This document shows, piece after piece, positions 37,107 to 51,843 of a stretch of DNA of 64,000 bases. The position numbers were made by a program, and so were the translations under genes. Numbering within the stretch: position 1 is the stretch's first letter; every line of letters begins with the position of its first letter. The stretch comes from Paecilomyces variotii. Taxonomy: Eukaryota. Location: the NCBI GenBank assembly GCA_004022145.1, contig RCNU01000001.1. One strand, given 5' to 3'. The notes under the pieces were generated by a model. That model searched no databases. It had not been told where the DNA came from and saw nothing but the letters and a program-made list of their open reading frames with translations.

Positions 37107-37670
37107 GCTAGACCCTCAGCGATATTGCCTCGAACTATATGTATATAGGATGCCGCTATGTTATGAAACCTGATCTGGCTATTGTGACTACATTGGCTGA
37201 GTGTAGAAACGGGCTATATGATGAAGATAATATTTATTATGGACGGGTCATCGATAAGTTCTAGATAAATAAAGCAGAAACGACATAGAAATGATGACGA
37301 TCCCGTAAGGAGCGCTGAAAAGCGCGCCGAGATGGTAAAATGTCTTTCTATCTTGCACAATAATTTGTGCCACCATGTAACATACATGAATACATAGGAC
37401 CGTGCCTGTGGTTTAAATATCGCGAGTGTACATCGCCAAAGCCCGGGGACTCGCCCCTTTCCCCGGTAAACGAATGGGTATGCAAGAAGAACGCCGCCCA
37501 TGTGCATCCATGATAAATACAGGAGAAGTGGTATCCAACCCCGCATGACCAGCCCGAAAAGAATAATAATATACCAGAGAAACAAACACAATACGAAGCA
37601 TTGGTGGTGTGACCTTAAAACGCCTCGATCACCAGACCCTTTCCAAACAAAAATGCGGCTTCCAGAGCGA

Positions 37671-40600
37671 TCATAGAACATAACTAAGCATCTCCTGCCC
37701 TCTTATAGCCGTAGCAATATGCCACGGTAACGTATTCCGCTGGACACTAGCGATCCCTTGATATCTAGCAAGAGTAGCGAGATCCCGGTACATTCCCAAG
37801 ACCTCCTTAAGAAGTAGTTCGTGAGACGCTGCAGGCCGTTGTGTATATACCAAATTGATAGTCATCGCAAAAGCACCGTCTCCATCATAAGTGCCCTTTC
37901 TCCGGAGTAGGTAACCACTAGCGAGTGCTGGGCGGTATTCAGTGAGATGAGGTGAATTATTGAGGCGATGAGACAAAATGACTCCCCACGACTCATCGCA
38001 AATGTCAACAAGCACCGTGTCAGAATCAGGTTCAACCGGCTGAAGGTCAGTGGGGGTTGAGGCGGATGCCATGGCGTTCCCGCCACTGGTCGGTGTCGCG
38101 GCAGTTCCTAGCGGGTCTGGCGAAGGCGCACTAGGGTTAGGTGTTGCGACGGGCGTGGACGTAGACTGAGCGTTGAGGAACTGCACATGTATCTGTGACG
38201 GTGGTAGCTCCAGGTATAGATCGGGTGCAGTATCGACGCTGAATATGGTTAGTTCGACAGGGACAGGCCGTGTTTGATTGTATCTCTCTGCGAGGTTTGT
38301 CCACGCTATCAACTGTATTAGCGAATGTATCTCATTATTTCAGGGCAGTTTTCGTACCTTCGATCTCTTCTTGGTCCACCGGTTCGGTCTTCGCAAGAAG
38401 TACCCTCCAACGAGCCTGCGTCCTCTCTATAATGTCTTTGGTGGTCTCCCATATCTCATGTCTCACGTCGGAAATAGCTCTAGCGACGTTTGAACTCTTC
38501 GAACGTAAACAATAGGATAGAGCCACTTGGAAAGAGCCAATATTGTCCGACCAGGCCACGGTCACCCAACGTTGGTCGATGCTTCTTGAAAATGAAACAT
38601 GTAGGCATTTGCCTTCCTGCAAAGGCGATATTCTTTCGGAGACTAGTTTGAAATTGATGCTCCGTGGAGTAGGTTCCGCAAGGAGCAAAGGGGGAGCGCA
38701 GCCCATGGAGCCAGAAGCCTGATCTCGGGGAGGGCATCGATTATACACCTCCAATGCCAGATTAAGGTATTCACTCTGTGTAGGAACAACAACCCATAGT
38801 GGCGACCAGACAAAGCTCATAGGGACAATTTGCAAGACCAACTCATTGAGCTGACGCGTATCTTGGCGATCCGCACCGCCAATGTACTTCTGGAAGAGTT
38901 GTAGGAAAGCTGCGCATATATCGGCTAGAGCAGCGGCATGTTCGAACGGATTTATAATGTAGATAACGTAGTTATCTTTGGTCGGGGATCGCTTGGCCAA
39001 AATGTTCCCTGGTAGAAGTTAGAAACTGCGGGAAATTTGGAATGCTAATATATCTCACCTAAGCGTTCACACATGGCCTTGAGGTCCTGCATGGTGGAGG
39101 TATAGCCTGAGTGAGACGTTTCCACTTTCCAGGGTCCTAGTCCGTTCTCGAAGTCTTTGGTTTCACCTCCCCTTGCATGCTTACCAAGGCCACAGCTCGA
39201 ATATAGCAAACTCAGACGCTCCAGAAATGCGTCGGCGCCCTCGGCGGCGTACTGAGGATGGATACAGTAAGCCAAGATATCCTTCTCGCCGTGGGCAGGC
39301 TCTAGCCCAAAGGTTTCCCAGAATGATATTGCAGGAGGTAAGACCTCTAGGAAATCCTTGCCGCGACGTATGCGCAAGTGTGGCGTCACCAGCTTGCTGA
39401 TAGTGCCCCTTACAGGCTGGGATCTTTGACGAGGAGGCTGACCTTCATGCGTTGGAGATAACTCGCTTTGTTGGATTTCAACATAGCTCTTCAGATCAAG
39501 CCGCGCAGTTTCGCCCATCACGCTGCTGTCCTCAAGAAAAGTTCGGAGAGGAAAAGTATCGTTTCCGAGATCTGGAAGTCCTATCTTCTCATCAAGCTTA
39601 TGGGTAAGGGATGACTGTGTGACTTGGTCAACCATGAGCTGTGCCAGCTGAACTACATCCTCCTTGCGGACGAGAACAGGAAGAAGTCGATTTTGTCTGA
39701 CCGAGAAGTAGCCTGCCAAGGACCAATCCGAGAAGATATAGAAGAAATTTCCGAGAAAGGTCGAATTTTCCTCTTTTATAACAGAGAGATCAGGGCCAAC
39801 GGCCAACGACGTCTTTTCTTGAGAAATCGCGGAGTCATTGTCTGGTTCCGACACTCCACGTTTCCTCTTCACAGCTGTAGATCTCGTGGGGGATATGGTT
39901 CCTTCGGGATAATCATCGTCGCTATCATCGGTAGTCTCGTCGCTTGATGCAGAAGTTGAATTGAGAAGCGGCCCTCCGTCGCTCATGGCGGTGTCCTGAT
40001 CGATCGTCATGGGCCTTGAAAATCCATACTTCAAGGGCTTTGGTCTCCCAGGACGAGGTAGTCCTATGGTTGGAATCTCACTTGTAGAATCGCCTAGCCC
40101 AGATTGAGTCTTAGCAGCCTTGTCAATAGACAATGAAAAAGTACCGGCAGCGCCATATTTTTGATCCCAGGAAGACAATTCTTTCTGGAATGGTACTGGG
40201 CCATAGTGGCTCTGGTTGCGACCATCATTTGATAAATGACGTGCAATGCTTGACCTATCCACGTGGGTGCTCTGCATCGGTTGGACCTCTGAGAACAATA
40301 TTCGTTTGATCTTCACCGGACTAAGGGGAGGGCTTATAGTTTGACTATCGTCGGCTGCTGAGGCATGATCTGGGATATTTATATGGGCATCGTCTTCGAT
40401 GTTTTCATCGCTCATTTCCGCGAGATCATGCTTTGGCCCATCGACATCGGTCGTAGGTACTGCACCATGCTCCCCGTCGACAGGGGTCTTAGTCTCCTCC
40501 GCCGACGTATTCATTGCGACGTCTGGTGTTGCTGTATCCGGTTTGATAGAATCCGTTCCCAGAGTGATCTGAGCTGCAGCCTCCTGGGGTATTTCCTGGG

Positions 40601-42436
40601 CTGCATCGCCTGTCCGTTTCCCATCGTCGAAGCTAGCTATGTCAGGCTCATCGAAAAAACTGAAGTCAGCATCAGTGATCCCCTTCGACCCGAAATCCTT
40701 TCCATTCATCTCCTCAAACAGGTCATCGTCATCATCCTCATCATACAGCCCGGATCCAACTCCAACGGTGGTAGAAGTTCCGAAACCGTCCATCACGTCA
40801 GGGCCTGGCTGGGCATTAGCCACCTCTTCATCAGCAGGTCTCAAACGGCCTGCGTTCTGAGTAGTTGATGGCGCCGCATCTGGTACTTCAGCAAACGCAT
40901 CTGAAGATGGGGCGTTGTTAAATCCCTGCGTTAGTGCGCCATCCGGTGGCGTTGGATATACAAGACTCGCAGCTTGCAGATCAGGGTACTGGTTCACACG
41001 TGCCAGGCTTTCAATTACCTCTCCGGCATCTGTCCGCGGTGTAGACATCTCTGCGCCCTTTGGTTGCTGCCCGGGAGACCCGCCAGTGGCCTGAGAGGCA
41101 GCTAACTTTTCATTCCTAGCACTTGCCGTTGCAAACCATTCCGTTGCAAAATCTATAGGGTCGCAGCGTTCGAATTTCGAGGTTTCAACTGGGGAGTCCG
41201 TCTTGGTTCTCGTAAATGAATACTTAGCTGGCCATAATAGACGGCGCAGCGGAGGCGACGGCTGCTTTCCCTCGGTCTGACGCATGCTCTCGGCTGCGAG
41301 CCGACTATAGAATGGTTCAGGGACTTCAACCTCTATCCACGATTCATCTTCAGCAGAATTCAAAGGCAGGCCGACGTTTCGAATCCACTCCACGACGTTC
41401 TCTTTCCAGTTCTTGCGCTTTAAGCCGAGGAGATGCTGGGGTGTTGCATTTTCAGAGTTTCTTGGGTTAGACAAGCCTGGTGAGGGAAGGGACCCATCCT
41501 CGCCCTCGGCCGATATTAATCTTGCGATTGTTCCAGTAGGTGCTAGCCAAATGTCCTGACCTTTCTCAAGAGCCGGTCCAATGGTATTGCGAGCAGTATC
41601 CCAAAGCCGCGTTATACCATGCTGGGATATCGTGTGCAAAGAGATTATCAACTTGCCCAGCGGGGTCAATTCAATCCGCAACGTGGTTAAGGATGGTACT
41701 GAGTCAGGACTATCATGCAAAATAGGACTGTCGTATCCATTCCTTTCCACTGCAGTGAAGAGCGTGCGTGACCCTAGGGGGATTGCATTATGACGTCGCA
41801 CCAATTGCAGGGACATTGCACTGGTGACAGCAGAAATGAAGGCTGCGTAAATGATACCTTGGTTGCCCTGGCCTTCTCCAGGCCGGCCAGCGCTCAAAGA
41901 CCTTTGCGCTCCTGACGCATTTGGATTGGGCGTTTGAGGATCCGTTGACATAGATCGCATCAAATCTGCCGCGGAAACGGTGCCTGCTGCGGCCACTGCA
42001 TTCTGCGCATTAGTAGAATAACAAAAATAAAGAACTCAGATCGCAGCTCTTACCTTTCATGTTGACAGAGTCAAGGGTCAGCCGGTTGAAATTCGTACCA
42101 TCTCCATCTCGGCTCAGAGGCTTCAGTGTGCCAAACTCCGGAGTCGCAGAAAAGACCCATAGGCCAAGGCGCCTGGGATAACATGATACCAAGCAGTCGA
42201 AGTTCCTAAGATGCAGCTCGAGTCGTTTGAGACGACTGAGGTGCTTCAAAATGGTATAGCCATTGGCTGGCCCTTCAGCAGGAAGAGCGGCACTAGCCGG
42301 CTCTTCAGTGTATATCCTCCAATAGATGTTGGAGAAGCCATCCTGAGTGGCGAGTTAGAAATTGACCCCGTCGTTCAGAATGTTAGAGACTTACTATGAC
42401 ATGTACGTTGGTTATAGTGTTTGCTGGAAAGTCCAT
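37671..42436 (-). CDS. med13: Mediator kinase-module subunit Med13 (Ssn2/Srb9); exons 42436-42395, 42342-42054, 41995-39059, 39008-38358, 38305-37671
   Basis: MDFP…DGFSNIYWRIY start, VYPTPPDG, ITDADFSFFDEP, FWETFGLEP, SIDQRWVTVAWSD and LPWHIA, as in fungal Med13. Confidence 0.94.
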
Positions 42437-43001
42437 CATCAGAGAGAGGTGCTTCTCGCTGAAGCTCCGGCTACTCTTGGATTATAGATAGAAAGAAATG
42501 ATATCCATTCCAAGAATAGATTCATTTCCAGGCAATTGGAGGTAGATGCGGAACTCTCCTGAGTGGATTCCTGGGCCGGGTCGCCCCTAATTCAACGGTC
42601 GAGAGTAATAGATATGGCTCCGCAACGGTGTCGCCATGCGGCGCAAAGCTAAGCGACAGCCGCAGGCTGATAATGAGCAAAAGCGCGTCAACGCAGACAA
42701 GGCAGGCGTTTCTGGAAAGACTGGGGATATCGCCCGATGGAACACGGCGATCCAAGATGAATAGCCCTCCCAGTCAGCGCCAGATGCAGCCGATAGTCGA
42801 TGGCATTCGCGGGCAGACGCAGAGCAAGTTGCAAGGACGCTCGAGGTCCCGGCGCTCGGACCACCGTCAACCTCCGCGGAGCTGCGTCACGTGGTGAAAT
42901 CTTGGCGTTGATCTGGATCGCGAAACTTTTTTGTGCCGATCGACTTGGAGACGTTGAGACATTCAACCACCTGGTGGACGAGGGCAGCTTCTCTCGCCAA
43001 A

Positions 43002-45208
43002 ATGAAGATCTCCAACCAGGCCGCTGTCCCCGTCTATACGATCTCGGGGTCAAATACTGCTCGACCCCTTCCAGAATGGCTTGCGCGGCGGCGAAAGCGC
43101 AGCTTGAAGAATGACCCGGAGTATGCCAACCGAGTTGAGCTGCTGCAAGACTTTGAATTCGAAGAGGCAAGTCAGTGCATCCGGGTGAGTGAGGATGGCC
43201 AGTGGGTTATGAGCACAGGTGAGCATTTTGAAAGAGTATCTTTCTTGGTTCATCGTCCCGGATCTAATGTCTTGCAGGAACTTATAAGCCACAAATTCAT
43301 ACACACTACCTCCCACATTTGTCGCTTTCGTTCGCTCGTCACACCGTCTCGCTCAATACTACCTTCCTTCTTCTCTCGTCTGATTACTCCAAATCTCTGC
43401 ATCTCCAGGCGGACCGGTCTCTGGAGTTTCACACTCCTCAGGGATGCCATTACACGACCAGGCTGCCCAGATATGGTCGCGATCTGGTGTTCGACAGACA
43501 GTCAGCAGAAGCTCTGGTCCCGGCTGTTGGTGTCAATCAGGATAACATGGGAGAGGTTTTCCGTCTGAATATGGAGCTGGGAAGATATATGCGAAGCTAC
43601 GAAGTTGATGTCGGCGGTGATGACTACACATCTGCTGGAGGCGGTACCTTACAAGGCGGTATCAACACGGGTGCGGTTAATACTGGTGCTGTCGCGGAGG
43701 AGAGCCACAACCTGCTCGCCTTCGGTACTTCTCTGGGGACTGTGGAGCTTTGGGACTCCAGAGCTCGAGGGAGAGCGGCAGTGCTGTTGCCCCCAACTCA
43801 GTCGCAACCAGGTGACGCCAGGTCAGAAGTTACGGCTCTAGAGTTCCATCGCTCTGGGTTGACGCTGGGAACGGGTTCGTCGAACGGCCTTATCCACCTG
43901 TACGATCTCCGGTCACCCGTGCCGCTACTCAAGAAAGACCAAGGATACGGCTACCCCATTCATACATTGAAATTCCTCACCCCGTCCACTGCCACGCGGG
44001 AGCAGACAATGGAGCCCAAGATCATGTCATCCGATAAGCGAATTATTAAGATCTGGGATCCGCGTGATGGCACTCCTTGGACATCGGTTGAGCCTACGGT
44101 CGATATCAACAGCGTGGCTTGGTGCAGGGATAGCGGAATGATTCTGACTGCCAACGAAGGAAGACAACAGCACGCATTCTTCATCCCTCAGCTCGGACCG
44201 GCTCCAAAATGGTGTTCCTTCCTGGACAACATTGTCGAAGAGATGGCAGAAGATCCGAACGACCCTCATGCATTCTCTACCGGCCAGGCTGGAACGGTTT
44301 ATGATAACTACAAGTTCTTGACTGTTCCTCAATTACGTACCCTCAACCTGGATCATCTGATTGGACGGACAAATCTCCTACGGCCTTACATGCATGGTTA
44401 CTTTGTTGCCCAGCGGCTGTATGAGGAGGCACGCCTCATCACTAACCCGTATATTTGGGAGGAAGAGCGAGCCAAGCGTGTCAAGGAGAAGATTGACAAG
44501 GAGAGAGAAAGTCGCATCCGAGGCAAGAAGAAGGTTACTGCGAAGGTTAACAAGAAACTTGCCGAGAAGCTCCTTGAGAAGGAGGAACGCCACGAACGTC
44601 GCAAGGCCCAACGCGTTCTGGAGAATGGTGGTGACCAGGAAATGGCTGATGCTCCTTCGACTGAGATATCCAGCAAGGGTCTGCTCGGTGACAGCCGTTT
44701 CGCCAAGCTTTTCGAGGATGAAGAGTTCGCTGTTGATGAGACCTCGAGAGAGTTTAAGATGATTAACCCAAGCACTGCACCTGAGGCATCGGAACGTAAG
44801 GAGCGCGGTTTGACTGCTGTCGAGCAGGAAGAGATCGACGAAGTCCCGGGTTCCAGTAGCGATGAGGACGAATCCGAGAGGGAGGAAGAACGACCTGCAA
44901 AGGACAAGTCCTCCGGCCGGATTTCTAACCCGTCCTACAAGCGCACCAATCGACCACCACCTCGCATGGAGGTCAGCTCATCAACAAAGACCGGCCAAGC
45001 TCGCGACCGGTCCTTCGAGTCTCGTATTCAAAAAGTTCGCTCCAAGGACAGGCCAACACGGACTGGTGGTGCTGTTGGTGAAAAGGAGGTTACATTTGCA
45101 CCGCAGCCCAAGTCGAAGTCTAAGCCTGTACGCTACGACTCCGAGAGCAACAATTTCAGATCGAAGGAACGACGAAGCGCCTCTGGAAACACCTTCCGAC
45201 GGATGTAA
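43002..45208 (+). CDS. enp2: Ribosome biogenesis protein Enp2 (NOL10), WD40 + NUC153; intron 43219-43277
   Basis: RVELLQDFEF, TG|TYKPQIH, LGPAPKWCSFLDNIVEEM, VYDNYKF, YMHGYF and NUC153 DSRFAKLFEDEEFAVDE. Confidence 0.96.
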
Positions 45209-45960
45209 GAAGATGTCTTCTGGTATCTCTTTAGCAATTGAACCATGGCGTATAATTGAGACAAGATATCAAGGGAAGGTACCTCTTGTCTAGAAATCGC
45301 ACCCATGCGACTTACACGCTGTTGCCGCTTGCGAAGGTCATGCAGAAGGGACGAGACTATTCGTCAGCATCTAGAGCTGTCCATTGATGGTGTGAAAAGT
45401 CCAACCAGATAGCTGACATTCAGAAAGATCTTGACTCAAACTTCAGGGCTTTCCCTTCCATATATTCACTTAACATGGAAAGGCTAGCTTGCTTCGCTGC
45501 AGATGATTAGCAAGATCTCTATCTCGAAGAAATTCGAGAAATATCTTCATGTCATGTCGTCGGGTGCTACCAGTCAAAGACATCAACTTCCAGTACCTGC
45601 ATGGCTCAAAAACGACAACAGAGTTGCACACGTTAACTTGATGAGGACGACCACTTTAACAATTCTCTTTATGACTATTAGGGTTTCTTGATACCTGGAG
45701 AGCTTGTACACATTTTTTCTTCTTATTCTTATTTTCCTGGTGATCAAGGCGCACGAATTGTACGGGATAGACTATTACCCAGCTGGTGAAGACAAAAAGT
45801 TTTGCATATTCAACCTGACACGAACGCTGCATATACGTTATCTGTTTAGATCATAATCTACCAACATCCACCCACATCCAATGCCATAAGAGAGCAGAGA
45901 ACAAAGCTACTTCTGAAAGCCATATAGAACAACCCCCCACCCTCAAACCCATTCAAATCC

Positions 45961-46751
45961 TCACCACATCAGAAACCCCCCAGAAGCAGAGATACACTGT
46001 CCCGAAACCCATCTACTCCTCTCCCTCCGCCAAAAACGCCACTATCTGCACAACGTCATCAAGTGTCCCAAGCCGATGCTCAACCGCCGTCGACTCCCTC
46101 TGCCACTCAACCAACCACTGCGGAATCTCGTCCAACATGACCGTCCGGACTGGCCCCGGATGCACCATATTGACCATATGACCTTCATCTCGCAACTCGG
46201 CCGCAAGCACACGCGTCAGACCCTCCAGTGCCGCTTTTGACGAGCAGTATGCGCTGTAATTCTTGAATCCATGTCTCGCCGCCACGGAACCGATATTGAT
46301 AATCCTACCGGGAGCAACGGAGGTGAGGAACCACTGCGGCGCAGAGGAGAAAGGGAGCGCGAACGCTTAAGATCATACACGTATGAGAAATCCTCAGCGG
46401 TTATTTTCGTGATGGGCGTTTCGATCTCGTAGCCTGCGTTGTTGATTAGGATGTCGATGTGCGGACCGAATGCGGAGAGGGTTGCGGAGACGATTTCGCC
46501 CGGAGAAATGGGCTGGCGTAGGTCTGTACGGATGGATATGGCCGTCGGAGCCATTGTTGAGAGATTTTATTTTCTTCACAGTTGTAGAGACGGCGGAGTC
46601 GCTTTCGGGGGAGCTGTATGTGAGGACGACTTTGGCGCCGCGGGTTGCGAAATCGAGGGCGCTGCTTTGGCCGATTCCGCGCGATGCGCCGGTGACGATG
46701 GCTATTTTTCCAGATAGAGATAGCGGGGGTAGATATAGATGGTGTAGTCAT
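45961..46751 (-). pseudogene. Short-chain dehydrogenase/reductase (FabG-like) disrupted by five +1 frameshifts: pseudogene or assembly error
   Basis: GKIAIVTGASRGIG, IDILINNAG, GRIINIGS, YCSSKAA, VHPGPVRT and WVSGQCISASGG lie in different frames; removing five single bases restores one ORF. Confidence 0.88.
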
Positions 46752-46753
46752 TT

Positions 46754-46771
46754 TGAGAGAGAGAGAGAGAG
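46754..46771. repeat. (GA)n microsatellite immediately upstream of the SDR start codon
   Basis: gagagagagagagagag run seen directly. Confidence 0.8.
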
Positions 46772-48725
46772 GGGACTCTGGTATGTTTGACTTGTTCAAC
46801 AGCAGGGATCGAGAACCTATCGAAGTCTCTAGTACTGTTCAGCTACAGAAAGCCTAAAAGGGCAAGTTGCAAAAGATCACAGAAGCAATTATAGAAACTA
46901 AACATATAATACTTCAGGAAAATAATCTGGATCGCTTCAAGACTAGGATGATAACCAAAAATCTATCGAGTACTTATATTCCAGGACACACCTCACCACT
47001 GCGTAGACCCCTTTAGTGCATTTTACTAATACCACATATCTTCGTTGATGTACATATATCCTGTAGAAACAGGCGGCTCCACTATTCGTTCTGACTTACC
47101 CTTTATATAGGGACGTAGTGGCACGTTGCAGCTCGGCTTGCAATAAAGCACTCGGATGCCGATATTGCTGTTGCGGACTAACCAAGCAGGGGTATGATCA
47201 TGACAATGGAAGAGGATGAAAGGCCGGCATAAGGCCGACATAAATATCATGTGATGCAGGCAAGACAATCTGCAGGATGGTATACATATACTATTTAATA
47301 TTCTGTATACCTAGTGGGTATAGATATACCAGAATAGAGGGAATATACCATCGAAGGACTGAATATATAAGGACGCCCGTTTCCGCTCTACAGAAATTTG
47401 ATTCTTTATACTCAATTGATCTATTGTTACTATACTACTTACTATAGGTTAGTAAAAAAGCTACTAAAGACATCAGAATTTGATTAGGCACTACTCCCAA
47501 CTTAGCCATTGTGTATCACTGTATACATTTAAAGACTCATTTGAGACGTTACCAGTAAAAGCCTGACCTAACTCACTGTGGTAAGCAAGTAGTAGTAGCT
47601 GCCTATGAGAAGATCTAACGGACATGGTCACGGTTCAGGAACAGAGGCAACGGTCCGCTTAAATCTTTCCCAGCAGCAGAGATAGGATAGGTAGCTATTG
47701 GAGACCAGTCAACGTGAGCAAGTATAAACCACCAGGAATTTGGGTGGGTCGGCCCGTGCGGGAAGATGCTGCCGATGTGGCCGCATTATCAACGCCTTCT
47801 ATAAAGTCTGAGCAGCCATAGTAGTGCACCGTCATCAACAAAGCAAGTCAAAAGCCGATTTATAGTTTTAGACGAGTCATTTGATCGGATATCCAAATAA
47901 ATAATTGACGTTGTTCTCGTTCTGTTTGAAAAAAAGAAGTCCCTATTGAACTCCCCACCAGGACTCCGTTCACCGTCGCCAGTTCGTCAGCTTCAGCATG
48001 CGAGAGAAAGCCCGCATTTACGTACACATAACGCATCAATGAAGAAGAAGCTGAAGAAATATCCCATATAACAAAAAACAGCCATCATAAGGTGCTGAAA
48101 ACAATATGCGGCTGTCAGCCTGGAGGAAAACGACATTGAAACAAGCCATTAACTGAGGCTTGTCGCCAGAATGGAATATGTTAATGCAAGAACAGAAAAA
48201 ACGTAAAAAGGGCGGAACCTGCCCAATGATCGATGAGACTAAGACCTCCAAAAAAAGAAACATTGTAGATTCCTCTATTCGTCAGTAACCCAATTTCTGT
48301 TGGTTTTAGCGCTTGCCATACAGTCTATAGAAAGTTAATCGCAATGAGACGTGAATCGAGATGACGAAGAGGAGCGACGAATAGGAGCGAAGAAAAGAGA
48401 TAAAGAAATAGACAGCAAGAAGTATGTGAAGTGTGAGCGCAGATTATATTGCGCCAGCGTGGCGGCATTCGAAAATTATGATATACTGCTGTCAGAGCTC
48501 GGATGTAAGACTTTAGTATCGAGACAGGTCATATATCAAGACACCGGATGACACCACGGTGCAGGAAGTATTGAGGGACAGAGTATGAAGCTGCCGTCAG
48601 AGTCAAGGTGCTTGGGCGGAGCCTAATTGAGAAGACATGAGTTTCGATTGGACGACCATTTCCCGACGGCGGAATCGCCTAAGTGATATGCCGTCTTTCG
48701 AGGTCGAGCTGCTGGAAAGTATGGT

Positions 48726-51700
48726 CTACTGCCACGCATGGAAGCCGGGAAAACCGGTGCCCCTTCGTCCGCTGTTGGGTCTGGATCCAGTCGAATTTCC
48801 AGCCGAGTCTCCAGCACTGCTTCCGGTCCTGCCTTCTTCCAAACTTCGTCTGGAGGATTGGAAGTCGCTCATGGCGAAAAGCAGCGGTTCATCTTCCTCT
48901 AAGGGCGCTGAATGTGTGAATGAGCGTCCGGAATTCGATCTTTGCCCTGTGCCTCGTCGAATATCTGTAGTCGAGTGACTACTGCTGCTGCCGCTGCCAC
49001 TATCACCGCGACCACGTTCAGACAGGTGGGGTGGAATGGCACTTGCACGCGCCAGACTGCTAGACGTCGAACTGTGAGATTGAGGACCGCCAGAAGAACC
49101 TTGCCCTCGAGGAAGGCGAGATTGGTATGGATTACTAGTGAATCCACCTCGCTGCGAGAGAGATCCGCGTTGGGAATCGGAGGCAGTAGCACTGCTAGGG
49201 GCAGCCGTATCATCATTTGCAGGTGACGATTGCTCATCTGCCCGTGACTGATCAACACTTTGCGGTGCGTTCTCAAACTCCTGCTGTCGAAGGCGAGCAC
49301 TGAGGCTCAAGTGAGATCCATCGCCATTGCCCAAACTTACACTGCGCATCCCGAACGGGAAGATGTCATCATCGTCAACGACAGTGCCGGGCCCATCCTG
49401 GGCGGCAGAACTAGGCCGTCGATATGGTTGAGGGCGTGGAGATGTGGGTATGTCGATGGCCGCAGCACCTGATGGTTTTCGTTCATCGCTTGTGTTTTCA
49501 TCCGGTGGGGAATTGTGCCCCCTGCGCGAAACCTGGGGACGTCGGTCCACATCTTGATCGCCATACTCGACAATGCTATTAGAGCTTAGCCTTGACGGAA
49601 TGGCAGGAGTATGGGGAGTATGAGGGGAAATAGGTTTCCCAGGGGAGGAAGCTGTCGATATGGAAGTGCCGGCCACCATAGGCGGTACACTGGAGAGCTG
49701 TCTGCTAGACGACGCCGACGATCGCTGCATAAGAAGTGAGGATGACATGGACTCAGAGAGCGCGGTATTGGAATCTCTCATACGCTGAAAGCGTGTCAGA
49801 GCGGCGGACGTCTTGCGTGTCGTAGCATCTACCGCCGCCGTATTTGCAGGTGTTAGCAGATCCTTCCTCATATCGAGCAATTTCAAGAATTCAGAGATCT
49901 TTTCGTCGTCCGCATGAATGGAATCAGCGCTCGTTCCGGTAGGGTCTGCTAGTAAGCCAGAGCCCGGTTGGGCGGCGGAGGACGTCGCACTTGCTTTACC
50001 GCTCGAAGTGTCATCTTCTGTTCGAGTTGTCCCACCTCCCGAAGAGAGACGACCACGACGGTGGCTGAAGGAGCTACTGTACCTCGATATCGGAGCCGGT
50101 TTGGGCGAGGCCGAATTAGAGGAAGCGATGGCATTTTCTGGAGAAATAGCAATTGGCTTACGCGTGAAGGGCCCTGTCGTTGTCGGAGGGGGCATATTCT
50201 TGGAGTCGGAGCTCCCCGTCGGCGGTGTACGGGCAGTTGCAGAAGAAATAGGAGGGTCTACCAACGAGGGGGAGGCCGATAGAGGCGGGGCCTTAAACGG
50301 CTGGAAAGATATAGAGGGACGTCTAACGACTCCAGACCCTCCTTCTCCTGCAAGTACCGCAGCACGTCCTGCTGGTCCAATTTTGGCCGCTGGTAGGAGC
50401 CGGTTAGTAGGTGATGATGGCGACGGTGATGTGGTGCCCAGCTCTCTTGCAGCCCTCAGAGTTGAGATCGGACTAGCACTGGGAGGGCCGACTTGGTGGA
50501 AAGTCGAGAGACTCCCGTATGCTCGTGTAGGGTCTGGCTGTTCTGTCATCTTTCTTCCCGAAGGTAGCGATCCAACCTCATTCTGAGTAGCTGGCCTATG
50601 GAGCCCGTCTGATGGAAGGGAAGGGCGGAAGAATTCATCGTCGGCTCCCATGAATCGTGAGCTCAAAAGCGCTTCGGAATCGTCCACTCTAAAATCACAG
50701 CTTGCACGATAGGTCACTTGGACAGTGAACGGACCCGCGGGCGAGTCTGTAGATCCGAACGAATACGTCTCCACGACCTTCCCCCCACCCTCATAGAGTG
50801 GAGTGGTTAGATTGTCCAGCTTGGAAGCATCCTGACTGGGAGTACCTTGCAGAATCCGGTACTTCATTCTCAGGGCTGGACTCGCTCGCATCTTGCCATT
50901 ACGTTTTGCAAACTTCCAAGCTGGGAGAAATTTGGAGTATGTGAACAATGACCGAAATAGGACGATACTCTTTTTATATACTGTCGGAAGCACCGATCCC
51001 AGGTCAGCTGGCGGTTTTCCCGACGCTGCTCCAAGTTCAACTCTCCACCGCTCTAGGATCACTTCATTCTGGCTGGACTTAGCCAATCTTGCGGAAGGCG
51101 CTCCTCGAGAGGCAGCTAGTGCCTCAAGAACATCCCAGCGTTTCCCATTCTCATCGATAATAACGAGACTTTGGTTGTTGGTGAGTTCACCGCCATCCAG
51201 GTATGTCTCGATAATCATAGGGGGTGGTCGATTGTCGCGGGCATCGCAGGATCTCCATGTTCGCAGATGTTCTCGTAGTACATCCGTTTCATCCAGTTCG
51301 ACATTAAACTTGAGAGTAAATGACATGTCAGCTCGCAGATCATGGTAGATAGGAGCGGTGTTGGCTTTCAGCCAACAACGGAAGCTCAATATATCACCGT
51401 AAAGGCTAAGAGAGGCAGGAAACATGAGGCTTACCCAGCGGTTGACCCTCGGGGTATCGGAACCCTTGTTGTAGACCCGAGGAAGATCGACTCGCGCATG
51501 AAGAATGATGAGGGCCGCTTTTGTATGGTAGTTCTATATAGAACAGTAAGGTCAGCATCCGTTCGCGTGATAGGTAGTGTGACATCGCCTATCTTACCGA
51601 GATAATCTGATTCAGCTTCGCTATGGCCTCTTTCGCAGGCGCTGGGTTCCTCTGGGCCTGCTCGGACGACTCAGTCTCTGTCTCTATACCGAGCCCTCTC

Positions 51701-51843
51701 GGGTTATTCGTTCCAACCTCGCCACTCTGTGGACTCGACGATCCCGCTTCCGACTCTCTCGAGAGGTTGCTTCGTACTGTGTTGGGCCGCGCCGAATTCG
51801 CTGGTGACGCCGTCACCGGCGGCGTTCTGGGATGCTGATGCAT
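48726..51843 (-). CDS. atg13: Autophagy protein Atg13; exons 51843-51598, 51533-51435, 51308-48726
   Basis: [21 protein letters not shown]…[39 protein letters not shown] and VTYRASCDF (HORMA), followed by a long Ser-rich disordered region with [11 protein letters not shown]. Confidence 0.95.
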
